NCBI GenBank assembly: GCA_000091205.1
Contig: AP006491.2
Origin: Cyanidioschyzon merolae
Taxonomy: Eukaryota
Direction: 5' to 3' (one strand)
DNA: 64,000 nt
Shown here in pieces: positions 1 through 11,926 of this stretch. Under the pieces are notes generated by a model. That model was not told the origin of the DNA, did not search any database, and saw only the letters and a program-made list of their open reading frames with translations. Each line of letters starts with the position of its first letter. Position 1 is the stretch's first letter. Made by a program: the position numbers and the translations under genes.

Positions 1-407
1 CTTCTCCATCGTTACAGGGTTCTTGAAGGCTCGCTCAACTTGGAGCTAGGTCCTTTTGCCCTGGTTTCAGAGCTTTCGCACACAAAGAGGTTATCAACAA
101 AAGGGTGCACTGGGTTTCTAAGGTTCTTTAAGGGAGATCTTGTTAAGGTTGCCTGCACTCCTTTAGTACGCTGAACGCGCTGGCTTCAAGCTGCAGAGTT
201 TTGGGTGTGGATTCTACGTCAGTCATCGGCACGCCGTCTAGGCTCTGCGGTCGAGAGCTCCCAACCACTCCTCGACAGAGGCCGCTCGCGCTCACAAGTT
301 GCTACGAAGCGTCGTCCGCGCAGCACGGTAGAGCATACCTGTGAGCGCGATTTTTCAGTTTCAGAGCCCGACATACTCGGAAAGCTTCGTTCCGTGGCAG
401 CATATAT

Positions 408-2096
408 TTGGGTACTGAAAACAAGGATCGGCTGCCTTCCCAGATGAATGCGCTGTCTGCCCAAGCCTCTGTGCTCGTAACAAGAGCAGCACTTGTGCAC
501 AAGAACACGGTCGCTCAAGCTGAAATTTTCGGGAGAGCATACCTCTCACTGCCTCGGATCTTTTCCCGGGCGGTGGCGAAAGCCGTTGAACTCCATATCG
601 CCTCCGAGCAAGAAATGCGTTTTCTTTTACTGCTTCTTCTCGCATATGTTTTCGCATTTGTGTATCGGTGTCTGCCATCGGCTAGATGGCGCCACCTGCT
701 ATCGGTCTACGGTGGAGCGCTTCTGGGTCAGAATTTTTGCGGTGCAACGGGTTGGCTCTATCCACTGACGGCAGCGCTCGTCAGTTTTCAGCTAATGCAC
801 TTGATGGGACCATCCCGAGCAGCCCCGATCGTCTTCGCGTTCAATCTCATATTCCTATTCTCTCTCCATCTTCATCGACAACTGACGGATCCTTTTGGAT
901 GGCACCTCGATGCAACATTCATGCAAATGATCGTGACCCAAAAGCTGTCCTCCCTGGCCTGGAGTGTTTCGGACGGTTCACCCAAGTCACTCTCGACGGG
1001 CTTGTCCCGTGCCAGGGCAGAATTTGCGGTGCGGGAGATTCCGCTCTTGTTAGAAACGCTAGCTTACGCCTTCTTTCCGCCCTGTTTTCTAATGGGACCA
1101 GCCTTCGAGTACATGGACTGGTATCGCAATGCGCACGATTTGGCGCCAGCACTTCAGCTCAACAATGCAGGCAGCAATGAATCTGGTGCCCAAGTGCCAG
1201 AGATGCGGCGCCCGAATATACTTGAGCTGTCTGTTGCTTCTCTCGCCCGTTTCCTTCAGGCGGCGCTGTTACTGCTTTGTTTCCAACTCGCGAATATGAA
1301 ATTACCGAGTGATCTTCTTGCTGACCAGAACTGGCTTCTCCGAAACCGTGCCGAAGGATTATGGCGGTTGTACCTGCGAATCTGGCTCTCTCTGCTGGGA
1401 CTCCGTTGCAAGTACTACTTTGGATTCAAAATATCCGAGGGTGCTGCAATCTTGTCTGGAATTGGTTTCAGTGGTTACGTGGACTCGGTGGAGCCGAACT
1501 CTGGTGATCCTGGGACTCGTCCACCGGCTATAGTAAGAACCCGAAAACCGCGACCCCGCTTCGATCGAGTCCGCACCATTGATATCCTGGCATTCGAGCT
1601 GGCTGGTAGTCTGAAAGACGCAGCGGCAGCGTGGAACAAGCCCACAAACACCTGGCTGAGACGTTGTGTTTATGAGCGCTTACCTCGCAAATATCAGCTC
1701 GATCTTTACGGGACTTACGTTGTATCGGCGATCTGGCATGGCATAGCTCCAGGTTATTATATGTTTTTTGTTACAAGTGCATTCTTGACAAGCCTTGAGC
1801 GGGAATGGCGGCGATTGTTCCGAAGCCTCGGCTTGGCTCAAAAGCTTCAGAGAAATCGCCTTTCTGCCGCAGTGGTACGAGTCATCACCTTGGTATGGAC
1901 GAGCGCAACGCTGAACTATTTCATTATATCATTCGTGATGCTTACTCGAGATCGCACCTTGCGCGTTTGGTCAGCGCTCTCATACTGGGGCCACAAAATG
2001 CTTCTGCTGGATCTGCTTGTTTTATTGGTGGCGCGGATCCTTGTCTCTTGCCTGGGCGCAAGCGCTCGAAAAGAAAGATCACAGTTGCGTGCATGA
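408..2096 (+). CDS. MBOAT-family membrane-bound O-acyltransferase (lysophospholipid acyltransferase-like)
   Basis: Uninterrupted 562-aa ORF with a multi-pass hydrophobic profile. MBOAT signature around the conserved His near the C-terminus (…VVSAIWHGIAPGYYMFFVTSAF…). The true start Met is uncertain. Confidence 0.7.
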   Translation: MGTENKDRLPSQMNALSAQASVLVTRAALVHKNTVAQAEIFGRAYLSLPRIFSRAVAKAVELHIASEQEMRFLLLLLLAYVFAFVYRCLPSARWRHLLSVYGGALLGQNFCGATGWLYPLTAALVSFQLMHLMGPSRAAPIVFAFNLIFLFSLHLHRQLTDPFGWHLDATFMQMIVTQKLSSLAWSVSDGSPKSLSTGLSRARAEFAVREIPLLLETLAYAFFPPCFLMGPAFEYMDWYRNAHDLAPALQLNNAGSNESGAQVPEMRRPNILELSVASLARFLQAALLLLCFQLANMKLPSDLLADQNWLLRNRAEGLWRLYLRIWLSLLGLRCKYYFGFKISEGAAILSGIGFSGYVDSVEPNSGDPGTRPPAIVRTRKPRPRFDRVRTIDILAFELAGSLKDAAAAWNKPTNTWLRRCVYERLPRKYQLDLYGTYVVSAIWHGIAPGYYMFFVTSAFLTSLEREWRRLFRSLGLAQKLQRNRLSAAVVRVITLVWTSATLNYFIISFVMLTRDRTLRVWSALSYWGHKMLLLDLLVLLVARILVSCLGASARKERSQLRA

Positions 2097-5016
2097 TGGG
2101 GGTGCTTGCTCGTTTGAAAAATCGCACGCAGTGCGCAAAATGGACACAGTTAGTTGCAGCGTTGCCCGGCAGCTGCCGCGCACTGCGGTGTTTCCCATGA
2201 GTACACTGCAGAGCTGTCGTGTACGCGAGTTGACCGCTTATCCTTTTTTTGAGTCCAGCCCGCATTTATTGCTTTGTAAGGGCTTTGACCAGGGCGGCTT
2301 GACAAGGATCGCGCTCTAGGATTGCATCCGTCCAAGAAGCTTTGTGATTCCGCCTAGTAAGGCGATAGGCTATTAGCTAGCGGTGTTCTGTTTCCGTGGT
2401 GACCATGCAGCGCAAACGCAGAATTCGGGCAGTAAGAGACTCTGACGGACGGTATGGAGAGCAGAACAAGTTGCTACATCACAGGGGCACTTGGTCTGAT
2501 GATGTGTAAAAAGTTATCGGGTGATATGGGCAATTAAAAGTTTTCGGACCCAGTGAAACCCTATGTTTTGATGCCTCTTCACCATGCGTGCATCGCATAA
2601 TCTTGGTTGCGATAAAGCCGTTCGGCATCGACTGGTGTCGGGCCTGAATTTTGAAGGTTCTCAAGTGAAACGAGCACGCCTGTGGGAATGTTGGAGGCCC
2701 ATTCGGCACGGAGCTCCCGGTCGAGGAGGATACGCTGCGAGGTGAAGGGCAACATGTAAGCCTGCTGTTCAGCACTCTGGATGCACGCATCGGGACTCCG
2801 CCATTGTCATGAATCGGAGTGAAGGCACAGGATGAAAAGGAGGCAGTTTTATGGACGAAATGCCCCGATGGCCTCTCCAGCAGTTCCTCGTACCTGCTGT
2901 GTCGAAGCTAACGTGGTCTATGCGTTCCACGAGACGCTCTGCAGATTAAGTTGGATCTCGTTCCTGGGTCGACATTTTCGATGACGCGCATTCCGAAGCT
3001 TCACTGGATACTTGCTGCTCACGCGACCGCGCCTCTGTGAAGTCTCGTGCTTATAGTTTGGGATGCACACTCCAATCAAATCCGGGTTCGGCAAGCAGTA
3101 CTTGTGTCATGCGAATCACGGTTGAGAATGTATGGAAACCGCTTCATGTGTTGATAAAAAGGTAAACAATGTCGAATGCACAAGCACTACCGAAAGCGCC
3201 GGACTTGAATACTATTCGGAAAGGTCTCTGACGTCTGGGCTTTTGTGGAGAATCGGTTTTCGAAGCGTGTCGATGGATTCTAGTCGGAAACGCAAGCAGC
3301 GCGCGTCGCTTCAATGCGCTCTACATATGTTTTTTCAATTTTGTGCAGCACAGCGTTTGACTCGTCATGACCCGCGTAATAACAGGACATGTCATAGAAA
3401 CGCAATCAAGTTGAAGACGCGCGGTCAGTGCTTTTGCTGGGATGTACCTCTATGATCATGTGTGTTACGAAGCGCATGCATGTGCTGGCTTCTGCAAAAC
3501 TCGGCTGCGCCCATGTCAGAATAGAATAGATTCGATACTTGATAATTGCGTACACATTAAAGATTGGCGTCCTGCCCACAGTTATTAATACCAGTTTTTC
3601 GGGCTATTTCCGCGACTGATTGCTTCTCCTCTCGAAATCTAAGGTTTTCAGTATGCTTTTCTGCCCTGTCCCTTCGGCTCCGTCGTCGGCAGTCGAACGA
3701 TATGGATGGATGCGTGAAAGCACCGATTGGGCGCTTCGCAGCTGTTGTCAGTGAAGTCGTGGTCAGATTGTAGTTGCGATCTATGCTCAACATGCGATTT
3801 CCATCATCTTACCACATAGCATCGGTGCGCGTCTCGCAGATGTGGTCCTTCACTGCGCTCAGGCGCTCGCATATGTCCAGGACACCTCCCGCTCGGTACG
3901 CTTCTCTGTTGAGCGTGAACGTTTTCATCAGCGCACTGTACATGTCCGTGACCGGTACAGAAGGCTCTGCTGGATGCGCTCATATATTCCCGCGCCAGGT
4001 GTCTCGCCGCACGATCACAGTCTCCTTCAGGGCTATCTCGTCCGCGAGGACTATGTGTTGTGCAGGCGCAAGCGCACACTGTTCCATTCGATGGCGGCTT
4101 TCTGGAACGCGGTGATGTCGGCCTTGATATGAGAACCAGAATGAAAATCCAGTGTCGAGTAAAGGCTGAGAAATTCGGACAAGTGAACGGCCTCTTTGTG
4201 CGAAATGGTGACACACCCTCCATCGGAGGCGATCGATGCGAGGACTGAATTCCGAGTCCAAGGACCCCCTTCCTTACAAACTGAAGAGACGGGAGCGCCC
4301 GGAAGCGCGTCCCGTGAGCCATTCCGTGCTGCTGCTGTCGAGTGTCGACGCGTCGATAGCCACCAAGAGGGAGGGGTGGATCGTACGAACGGAGTGGGTT
4401 CTAGTTTGACCTGACGACTTCGTTGAAGTTTCGGAGTGTGCTTGAGAGCAAGTCGTCACGGGTCGATGTCGAGCTTTTCTTCTTGTGAGTGTTGCTGCGC
4501 GAGGTGCAGCGCACACGAGCTGCGCTCATGTAGAAAGATCGATAATTTGTAGAATGGGCGATTTGAGCATTCTCCACGGAAGGAAAGGGGAAAGTGGAGG
4601 CTTCCTGACATAGATTGGGTAATTATTTTTGTTCACCACAGACCCTATTTCAACACAGCCTTGGATCAGTTTGATTCCGATGGCGATCACGATCTCCAGC
4701 GGAAAAGCATCGAGGGATCATACCCGAAGAGATGCAAAACATTCTTAAACTATTCATGAATCCGCAAACCCGTATTGCTGCACTTGGCATTTCGTGGCTA
4801 TACATCTAGAAAAAGAGCGGCGAAAGAATGGTTGAGCAGGATCACAGCGAGCACCTCCGTCCTCCAAATTGAACAGACATTGGTGGCGGAGTGTCACGTG
4901 ACATCTCTCGTGCGGATCGCCGATCGCGCCGCGCTGATGCCGCGGCGTTTTCGTTGCGATGTTGGCGTCCAGCACTCTGTGCGCCTTGGAGCAGAGTTTG
5001 AGCAGGAACTACACAG

Positions 5017-5370
5017 ATGGACTCACTGGAGACGACACAGCTTGCTCTTGCATATGCAGCCTTGTTATTGCACGACGCTGAAGCGGAAGTCAGCGCGGAT
5101 AATCTGAAGGCTGTCATCACAGCTGCCGGAATGGATTTGGAAAACTTTTGGTATGGAATGTTTGCACGAGCAATGAAAGGCGCAGATTTGGAAGGAATAA
5201 TCGGTTCCTTAGGTAGCGCCCCAACTGTCGTTGCGGTGCCGGCAGGTGCCGTCCCTCAGGGCAGTGCGGCGGGAGCGTCAACGGGAGCGGCAGCGGCCGC
5301 CGCCGAGGAAAAGAAGGAGGAGGCGAAAGAGGAAAGTGACGAAGATCTCGGATTCGGCCTTTTTGACTAG
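5017..5370 (+). CDS. RPLP1: 60S acidic ribosomal protein P1
   Basis: 117-aa ORF. N-terminal helical P1 pattern (LALAYAALLLHD…NFWYGMFARA), an Ala/Gly/Pro hinge, and the canonical acidic tail EEKKEEAKEESDEDLGFGLFD. Confidence 0.85.
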   Translation: MDSLETTQLALAYAALLLHDAEAEVSADNLKAVITAAGMDLENFWYGMFARAMKGADLEGIIGSLGSAPTVVAVPAGAVPQGSAAGASTGAAAAAAEEKKEEAKEESDEDLGFGLFD

Positions 5371-8300
5371 AGCAAGGCTCAAGTGATGTATTCTTAGAAA
5401 TTAATGACTCGTGGCGATCTCGCTGTTGATTTAGGGTGCTTGTATGAAACCTCCTGAGGGAGTACGCGGCAGAGCGTTCAGCGCTGTGAATCGACAGTGC
5501 TCGTGGATCCATGTGCCGCATTTCTGAGCAGAGTCCTGAAGTGCCGCGTCCACGTCGACAGCTAGAAATGTCGGCGCATCCACTGGCGGCTTTTGAATGT
5601 GGTCGTATGGGAAACATTCGTTGCCGGGGGTCATCATCGGCGCAGAGGATCGCATCCTCGTGATGGGATGAAGATGAGAGAGACGTATTTCTGGTCCACC
5701 TCTCCACATCAAACCTACCCAATTCACATGGTGGGCTGGAAGCGCATTCATCGCGCTCCGCACGAACTACCATTCTCTCACGCGCCTAAACCTTGCCAAA
5801 GTCAATCAATTCCGAAAAATTCGCGAGAAAGCCACCCCGATATCCGACACGCAGTCTGCTGAACTGCGCATTCTGCAGGAGCTGCCCAGTCGCAAACGTA
5901 TGCAGCGCAATTTAAACACATCCAGACTGCTATGCAGAGCTTTGGAATTTCCCAGTCCGTCACGGTTATACTCAGTGATATCAAATAACATAGCACCATT
6001 CTCGTTCCCCAGTTGCACAGGGGAAACGTTCTCATTGTATCTAAATATAGACGCCGCACCAGCCATTCTAGAATGCTGCCTGGATGATACCAGTGCCCTG
6101 CTTCCGTCGAGAGTCCAATGTCCTCACTCCTGGAAACTGATTTTCTCAATCGAAACGCCTCAGACATTCAGCGCAATGTCCAAAAAAGTGCTAACCGTTT
6201 CCACGGAAGCTTCACTCGAAACAGACCCGCTACGCGCCCCCGAAGCACGAGACAGTTCCGGATGTCGATCAAGGCGTTCAAGGGTCGCCGCAGAAAGTGC
6301 TTGCGCGCGTGACTGCTTTCAAAAGCACTCCGTAGATAGCACCTCGCTTTCGATTGCCTCCTCATCTGACATTCGATGAACGTACCGTTCACCATCTCGT
6401 GCATGCGGCTCTGGTTCACGCTCTTCTTCTCTCTCGGTTTCAGCGTGCATCCGTGGCCCTGATGCGTGGACAACGTGCTCGGCTCATCGATGGGCATCTC
6501 GGGGCATCCATGCCTGCTCTCGGTGTATGCTCTAGTAGATAGATCGCACAAGGCGCAACAAGGACAGACACCACGTTCCGACCATCTTTTAGATACGTCG
6601 TCCGTCGCTGCGAGGTCGAGACCAACGCCACGAGCTCCGACGATCCGAGGCGCCTCTCGTACTCGTTGCGGCGCCTCTTCCACACTCGCTACCAGTTCGA
6701 TGTCCTCCGCCGCTGCCAGGTCGGCGCTGGCCTCCATCGACGTCCGCAGGCCTCCTACACACCAGTCCCTACTGTTTGGGGCCGGTGAACGGAGGGAACA
6801 ACAGGCATGAAGCTCGCAGGACGCGCCTCATGAAGCGCTCGACGGCGCTATGTAGGTGGCCTTGGTTTATGAGGGCGGTTGGAAACTTTCCGGCACCTGA
6901 GCTGAAGATGTTTCAAGATCGCCGACGAGCTTTGGAGACACGTCAAGTTGCTCCGAGAAGTATGTGTGCAAATCTCTGATCTGAAGTTCAGGCCATTCTG
7001 TATCTTCTGTCCAGAGCACTAGCTGTGTTCCTGCAAGAGGGTCTGATCGACAAATTCCAGAGGGATGTGGACAGCTCCCAGCCCTGCGTCCGGGACGCCT
7101 ACAAATGATCGGATGAAGAGATGCGCCATTGCATGGGAGTATTTGGGCGGGACTTTCTCGGGTAGAAAGCCGCGCAATCTCTGATCGCGTCCCGCACGTA
7201 ACTACTTCGAAAATTCTACCCATTGATGTGTCTTAGTGACGGAGCCTCGACGATAGTCTCAGACTGATCCTGTCGCTCGCAAGGGATTCCTTCGTGTCCC
7301 TTCTCGTCTTCTTTTCGGGGGGATCTTTCTCGTCCCCCTCCGATGGCTTCTTCCATTTCTCGTTTTTTTGCCTTCTCCTTTACTTGCCAGGCTACTGCAG
7401 ATGTGGTCACTGTTCGCTATATCCGGTGTTCGGCGCGAGACTGCGATGCGCTGAGTGAGGGTTAGCACTGGAAATCGCTTTTTCTATACATTTCCCTATT
7501 ATTCCTGAAGTACCTTTTCTTTAACCTTTTCGTCGAGAGCGCGCTGACAGAACGTAGCCCGCCTTTCCGCTCCCTCCCACGCACGAGAAGACGAATACCA
7601 GTGCAGCCCGGTATGGTGAATTTAGAGACCGACCTGTGGAAGGACGGTGTCACACATGCGAATGATTCGTCTATTGATCCGTGAGCACTGAAAATGTCGT
7701 TGAACAACAGAGCAGACATCCTCGAAGGGACTGAACCTGTTCGAAAAAACTAATACGAAGAGCAATTCGAGGCAAACCTCAGCTGCGTGCTACTTGACCG
7801 CTTTTGAGAGATAAGAATCGACATTGTCGAAGGGCAGGACAGACGACTGTGAAAAGCAGAATCCAAGAGGTGCTTCGAAGAAATATTGTGTTTTCAATAG
7901 TCCTGCCTGTTTTTGGATTTAGAAGCGAATATTCGACTGCATCGCCGTTCGGCCTGAGATCCCCACCATGCTCGCTTATCTTTTGTTTACGAAGAAAAGT
8001 CGCCGTTCTTTGAATACCCCTTTGCAGGTTTATTACTTCCGCGGCATGAAGCCTCACTGAATGAGACGAAAACGTGTCGCTCCTCTATGTAGCTTCCATG
8101 TTTCAGTGCGAGATAAATAAAGTTTGTTAGATATCTTACGACAGTCTCCCATGGAGACGTGCATATTTCTTCGCCCATCCGTGTCTCTTCATCGATGCTC
8201 GTTTCTGCGGAATGGAAACTGCATATCATGCGGCTTCTCTGTTGGTATTCTACAGAGACCACACGGAATGGAATGGATTGACGAACAAGCATTCGAGTAG

Positions 8301-8951
8301 ATAGTGTTTGATAACTTCTGTTTTGAGTGCAAGAACTTCAAGATGAACACTTTGAGAAGGATGGTCCGCCCACCTACTGACCGCAATATGACTAAGTTGA
8401 ACAAGCCAGGTCGCTGTTTGTGCGCTATCAGTCACAGCTTAAAGACTTTTCCCGACCTTTCCCCATTCTACAGTACAAAATCTACGTATTGCATACCTGC
8501 GAGAAAAATAAACAAAGACGAAAGTACGCGATTGCATAGAATTTAAAGGATTCACAGCTCAAAGTTGAACGCCAGTGCAACAGCTCCTAGCTCCCGCTGC
8601 CACACGGCTTCTTTGCCACGTAAAAAGTTGCAGCTCACCAGACGGGGTTCACTGCAGTCGCCAACCATTGCTCAACTATACGTTCAACCACGGGCGCTCT
8701 GACGTATGGCGGATCTCAGCAAACAGCACCTTCCAGCCACTGGAAACTACAGTTTTTCAGGCAGCACTGAAAGCTACTGCTGGTGCATCATTGACGTATG
8801 CAGCCTGCCCATTGGGACGACCGTGTCTCGCCTCTGCGACGCTCGCAGATGCCACTGCGCTTCCACGCATTCATCGACGCAGGCAATTCTGGAAGGACCT
8901 GCTTGCAACGAGGACTTGCTTCATCGATAGCTTAGGAGGGAACTCATCACC

Positions 8952-10868
8952 ATGTCTAACCATACGCTTCAGTTTTTGACTACAACGGAGACGAGTTTTG
9001 TAAAGGGTTCGTTTCCTAGAGACGGTCGCGGGCTTCGGCTGCAGCGCCGAGGGCATCGCGCACTCTTGCGCCACCCACTGCAACCAGTCAAGGGCGCCTT
9101 ATTCTTAAAAGCAGAGGGGCTAAGTGAGACGCCCGCGTCCGGGGTGACGAACCATAGAGTCCGTTCCGCTGCGCTGGTCGGCAGTCAACCCGGTGCACCG
9201 GACTGGATCAAGCGTACGGCGGCGAGAGCGATGTTGCGTGCAGTCCGCTTCAAAGACGAGGACTTCTTCAAGCCACTTATTACAGTATCGTGCACATACA
9301 CCAACGCGACGCCATGTAATGACCACATGATAGAGTTGGCGCGCATCATTGCGGACCGTATTGAGAGCCGCGGAGGCAAACCGTTGCTGCACGGCACCCC
9401 GGTGGTCTCCGATGGAGAGACGATGGGCACCCCGGGCATGCGCTACTCTCTCGTTAGCCGCGATCTCATTGCGGACTGTATCGAGTGTCAGCACGAGGCC
9501 TACATGGCAGATGGTTTGATCACACTCGGTGGATGTGACAAGACGATCCCTGGAGCATTAATGCCACTGCTGCGAAATGATTCGATTGGTGTTTTCCTTT
9601 ATGGAGGATCCATTCTACCAGGTGGGCCTGAAAAAAACCTGGACGTCATTTCTGCCTTCGAGGCCATTGGTGCGCGCTCTGCAAACCGTATAACTGATGA
9701 GCAGCTCTTGGAAGTGGAAAAGCATGCCTGCCCCGGAGCTGGGGCGTGTGCCGGCGCATTCACAGCGAACACCATGGCCACGATTGCGGTTGCTCTTGGA
9801 CTAGCCGTGCCATACTCTGCTGGTCATGTGGCAGCGACCTATGAAGGAAGCGTTTCCGATAACAAAAAACAAGATTGCGTCGATACGGTGGATGCGCTCT
9901 TCACGTGTCTGGAGCGAGGTATCACTGCGCGGCAGATTGCAACACGACAAGCGTTTGAGAACGCGATTGTTGTCGCAATGGCCTTGGGTGGCAGCACGAA
10001 TGCCGTGCTTCACGTGCTGGCTCTCGCACATGAAGCGCAAATCCCGCTCACAATTGACGACTTCCATGAGATTGGTTCCAGAGTTCCTCTCCTGGGGCAG
10101 TTTCGACCATTCAGCAAGTATGTTATGGCAGACCTTGATCGAATTGGCGGGGTACCCGTGCTCATGAAACATCTGCTCGCACACGGCTATTTGCATGGCG
10201 AATGCCTGACCTGCACGGGGAAAACACTAGCAGAGAACCTAGCACATGTTCCAAATGATTTGCCGCCAAATCAAGATGTCATACTTCCGGTTACTAGACC
10301 GTACGCTCCTCCTGGACGCCACATCCTCGTTCTGAAAGGCAATTTAGCGCCGGAAGGAGCCGTCATTAAACTTAGCGGGAAGGAAATTCGGCGACACCAA
10401 GGTCCCGCCAGGGTATTCGATTCGGAATCTTCGGCCCTCGACGCTATCCTGGCAGGCCAGATTCGCAAAGGCGATGTTTTGGTTATTCGCTATGAAGGCC
10501 CGGCAGGTGGCCCCGGCTGTCCGGAGATGCTGTCACCGAGCTCAGCGCTCGTCGGCCAGGGCCTGGGCTCAGATGTGGCGCTGGTCACCGACGGCCGCTT
10601 CAGCGGAGGGAGTCACGGGATCATGATCGGACACGTCTGTCCAGAGGCATACGTTGGCGGACCCATCGCCTTGCTCCAGGAGGGCGACCAAGTCGTCATC
10701 GATATTGATGCCCGCTCGATTGATGTAGTCGGCCTCACGTCTACAGAATGGGATCGGCGCCGAGCCAGCTGGAAACGGATTCAGAAGCCGGCCACTGGCC
10801 TGCTCGCTAAGTACCGCTCCCTAGTACAACCAGCCAGCCGTGGAGCAATTACGATCTGTCAGACTTAA
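8952..10868 (+). CDS. ILVD: Dihydroxy-acid dehydratase (branched-chain amino acid biosynthesis); N-terminal extension probably a transit peptide or upstream read-through
   Basis: IlvD/EDD family hallmarks: …[14 protein letters not shown]… (CDKxxPG Fe-S loop), …[13 protein letters not shown]…, …[16 protein letters not shown]…. Conserved body probably begins near 9230 ([15 protein letters not shown]…). Confidence 0.85.
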   Translation: MSNHTLQFLTTTETSFVKGSFPRDGRGLRLQRRGHRALLRHPLQPVKGALFLKAEGLSETPASGVTNHRVRSAALVGSQPGAPDWIKRTAARAMLRAVRFKDEDFFKPLITVSCTYTNATPCNDHMIELARIIADRIESRGGKPLLHGTPVVSDGETMGTPGMRYSLVSRDLIADCIECQHEAYMADGLITLGGCDKTIPGALMPLLRNDSIGVFLYGGSILPGGPEKNLDVISAFEAIGARSANRITDEQLLEVEKHACPGAGACAGAFTANTMATIAVALGLAVPYSAGHVAATYEGSVSDNKKQDCVDTVDALFTCLERGITARQIATRQAFENAIVVAMALGGSTNAVLHVLALAHEAQIPLTIDDFHEIGSRVPLLGQFRPFSKYVMADLDRIGGVPVLMKHLLAHGYLHGECLTCTGKTLAENLAHVPNDLPPNQDVILPVTRPYAPPGRHILVLKGNLAPEGAVIKLSGKEIRRHQGPARVFDSESSALDAILAGQIRKGDVLVIRYEGPAGGPGCPEMLSPSSALVGQGLGSDVALVTDGRFSGGSHGIMIGHVCPEAYVGGPIALLQEGDQVVIDIDARSIDVVGLTSTEWDRRRASWKRIQKPATGLLAKYRSLVQPASRGAITICQT

Positions 10869-11926
10869 AGCATCGGTCAACGGAGGCTTTTCGAAGAAGG
10901 GGCGCAGCAAACGACGGTGACAGCCTGGTAGGAATGCTACGCCGTGTATCCCCAGCTTCCATGTACCCACTCGTCAATCCAAGGCAGGGACCTGCATTTA
11001 GATGCCTGAAGGCTGTCTAATAGCCCGTTCTCAGCTGACGGCAGCAGGATCAGTCCCCCTCGAGGCACAGGAGTCGCTGCCATGGCGATCGGAAACGCCT
11101 GGATGCTCCATTTTTGATACCCTCGTCGGTTTGGGCAGCATTCCCCATGAAAGAGCACTCAATGGTGGTCATACCGTGAGGTCTCCGGTTACTGGAAACG
11201 TCCTATCGATCAAGAAAATTCAATATTGATCATGAAAAGGTGCGCAAAAAACGCATTTCACGCGTGTGCCTCAAAAGCTCTGAAAACGCGGATCGAGTTC
11301 TCGATATAAAACCGTCAACAACATCTGGGTGTTATCCATACGCCGGGTATATCTGGGTTTATAAACCTGCGCTACGATGGTAGGCAGCGTCGTCGAATGA
11401 CTTAGCAACTCCATGCATCCCATTTTCCGGACCTGGCGATGTATGCACAGACTTGGTCATCCGATGACTCACTAGCCAAGTCAGTGCGACACCGTCACTT
11501 CCAAAGAATGCTTCCAGCGCATTCATAAGATGTCCTACAAGATGTTTAGAGATTACTCGTCTCTTTCCGCTTCAGTTGCTTCTTGCTAATGATATCGAAT
11601 TGACACATGAGTTCGCCGGAAAGTATTTGTATGTGCAGTCCCGTGCTGTCTTCCATGCAATCGTATCTGGTGATTGCAGCTGAAGTGGCCTCTGTCCGAG
11701 CCAAAAGACACCGGGCGACTTCACTTTGCACGCAGTCGTGTTAGCGTTCGGAACCTGTTTACCAACAGGCGGGGGAACCCACGTGCGACGCCGTCCGCAT
11801 TCATGAAAACGCTGCCTTGGAATTCTTCCTCTACTAAGAATTTTCCAAGAAACACCTCTTTCCATTCCAGCTTTCAATTTCCAAAGCATTGCGCCCTGGT
11901 TACAATTGTGTTTGTGCTCGCGGGGC

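Noticed and set aside
2340-2400. Looked for tRNA/snRNA-like genes in intergenic stretches (e.g. 2340-2400, 7400-8600, 22800-23500)
   Set aside because: No convincing cloverleaf or conserved box A/B pattern could be recognised by eye. None reported.
5117-5773. 218-aa minus-strand ORF antisense to the ribosomal P1 gene
   Set aside because: Overlaps a confidently identified gene on the opposite strand and has a low-complexity S/R/P-rich composition. Probably a spurious GC-rich ORF.
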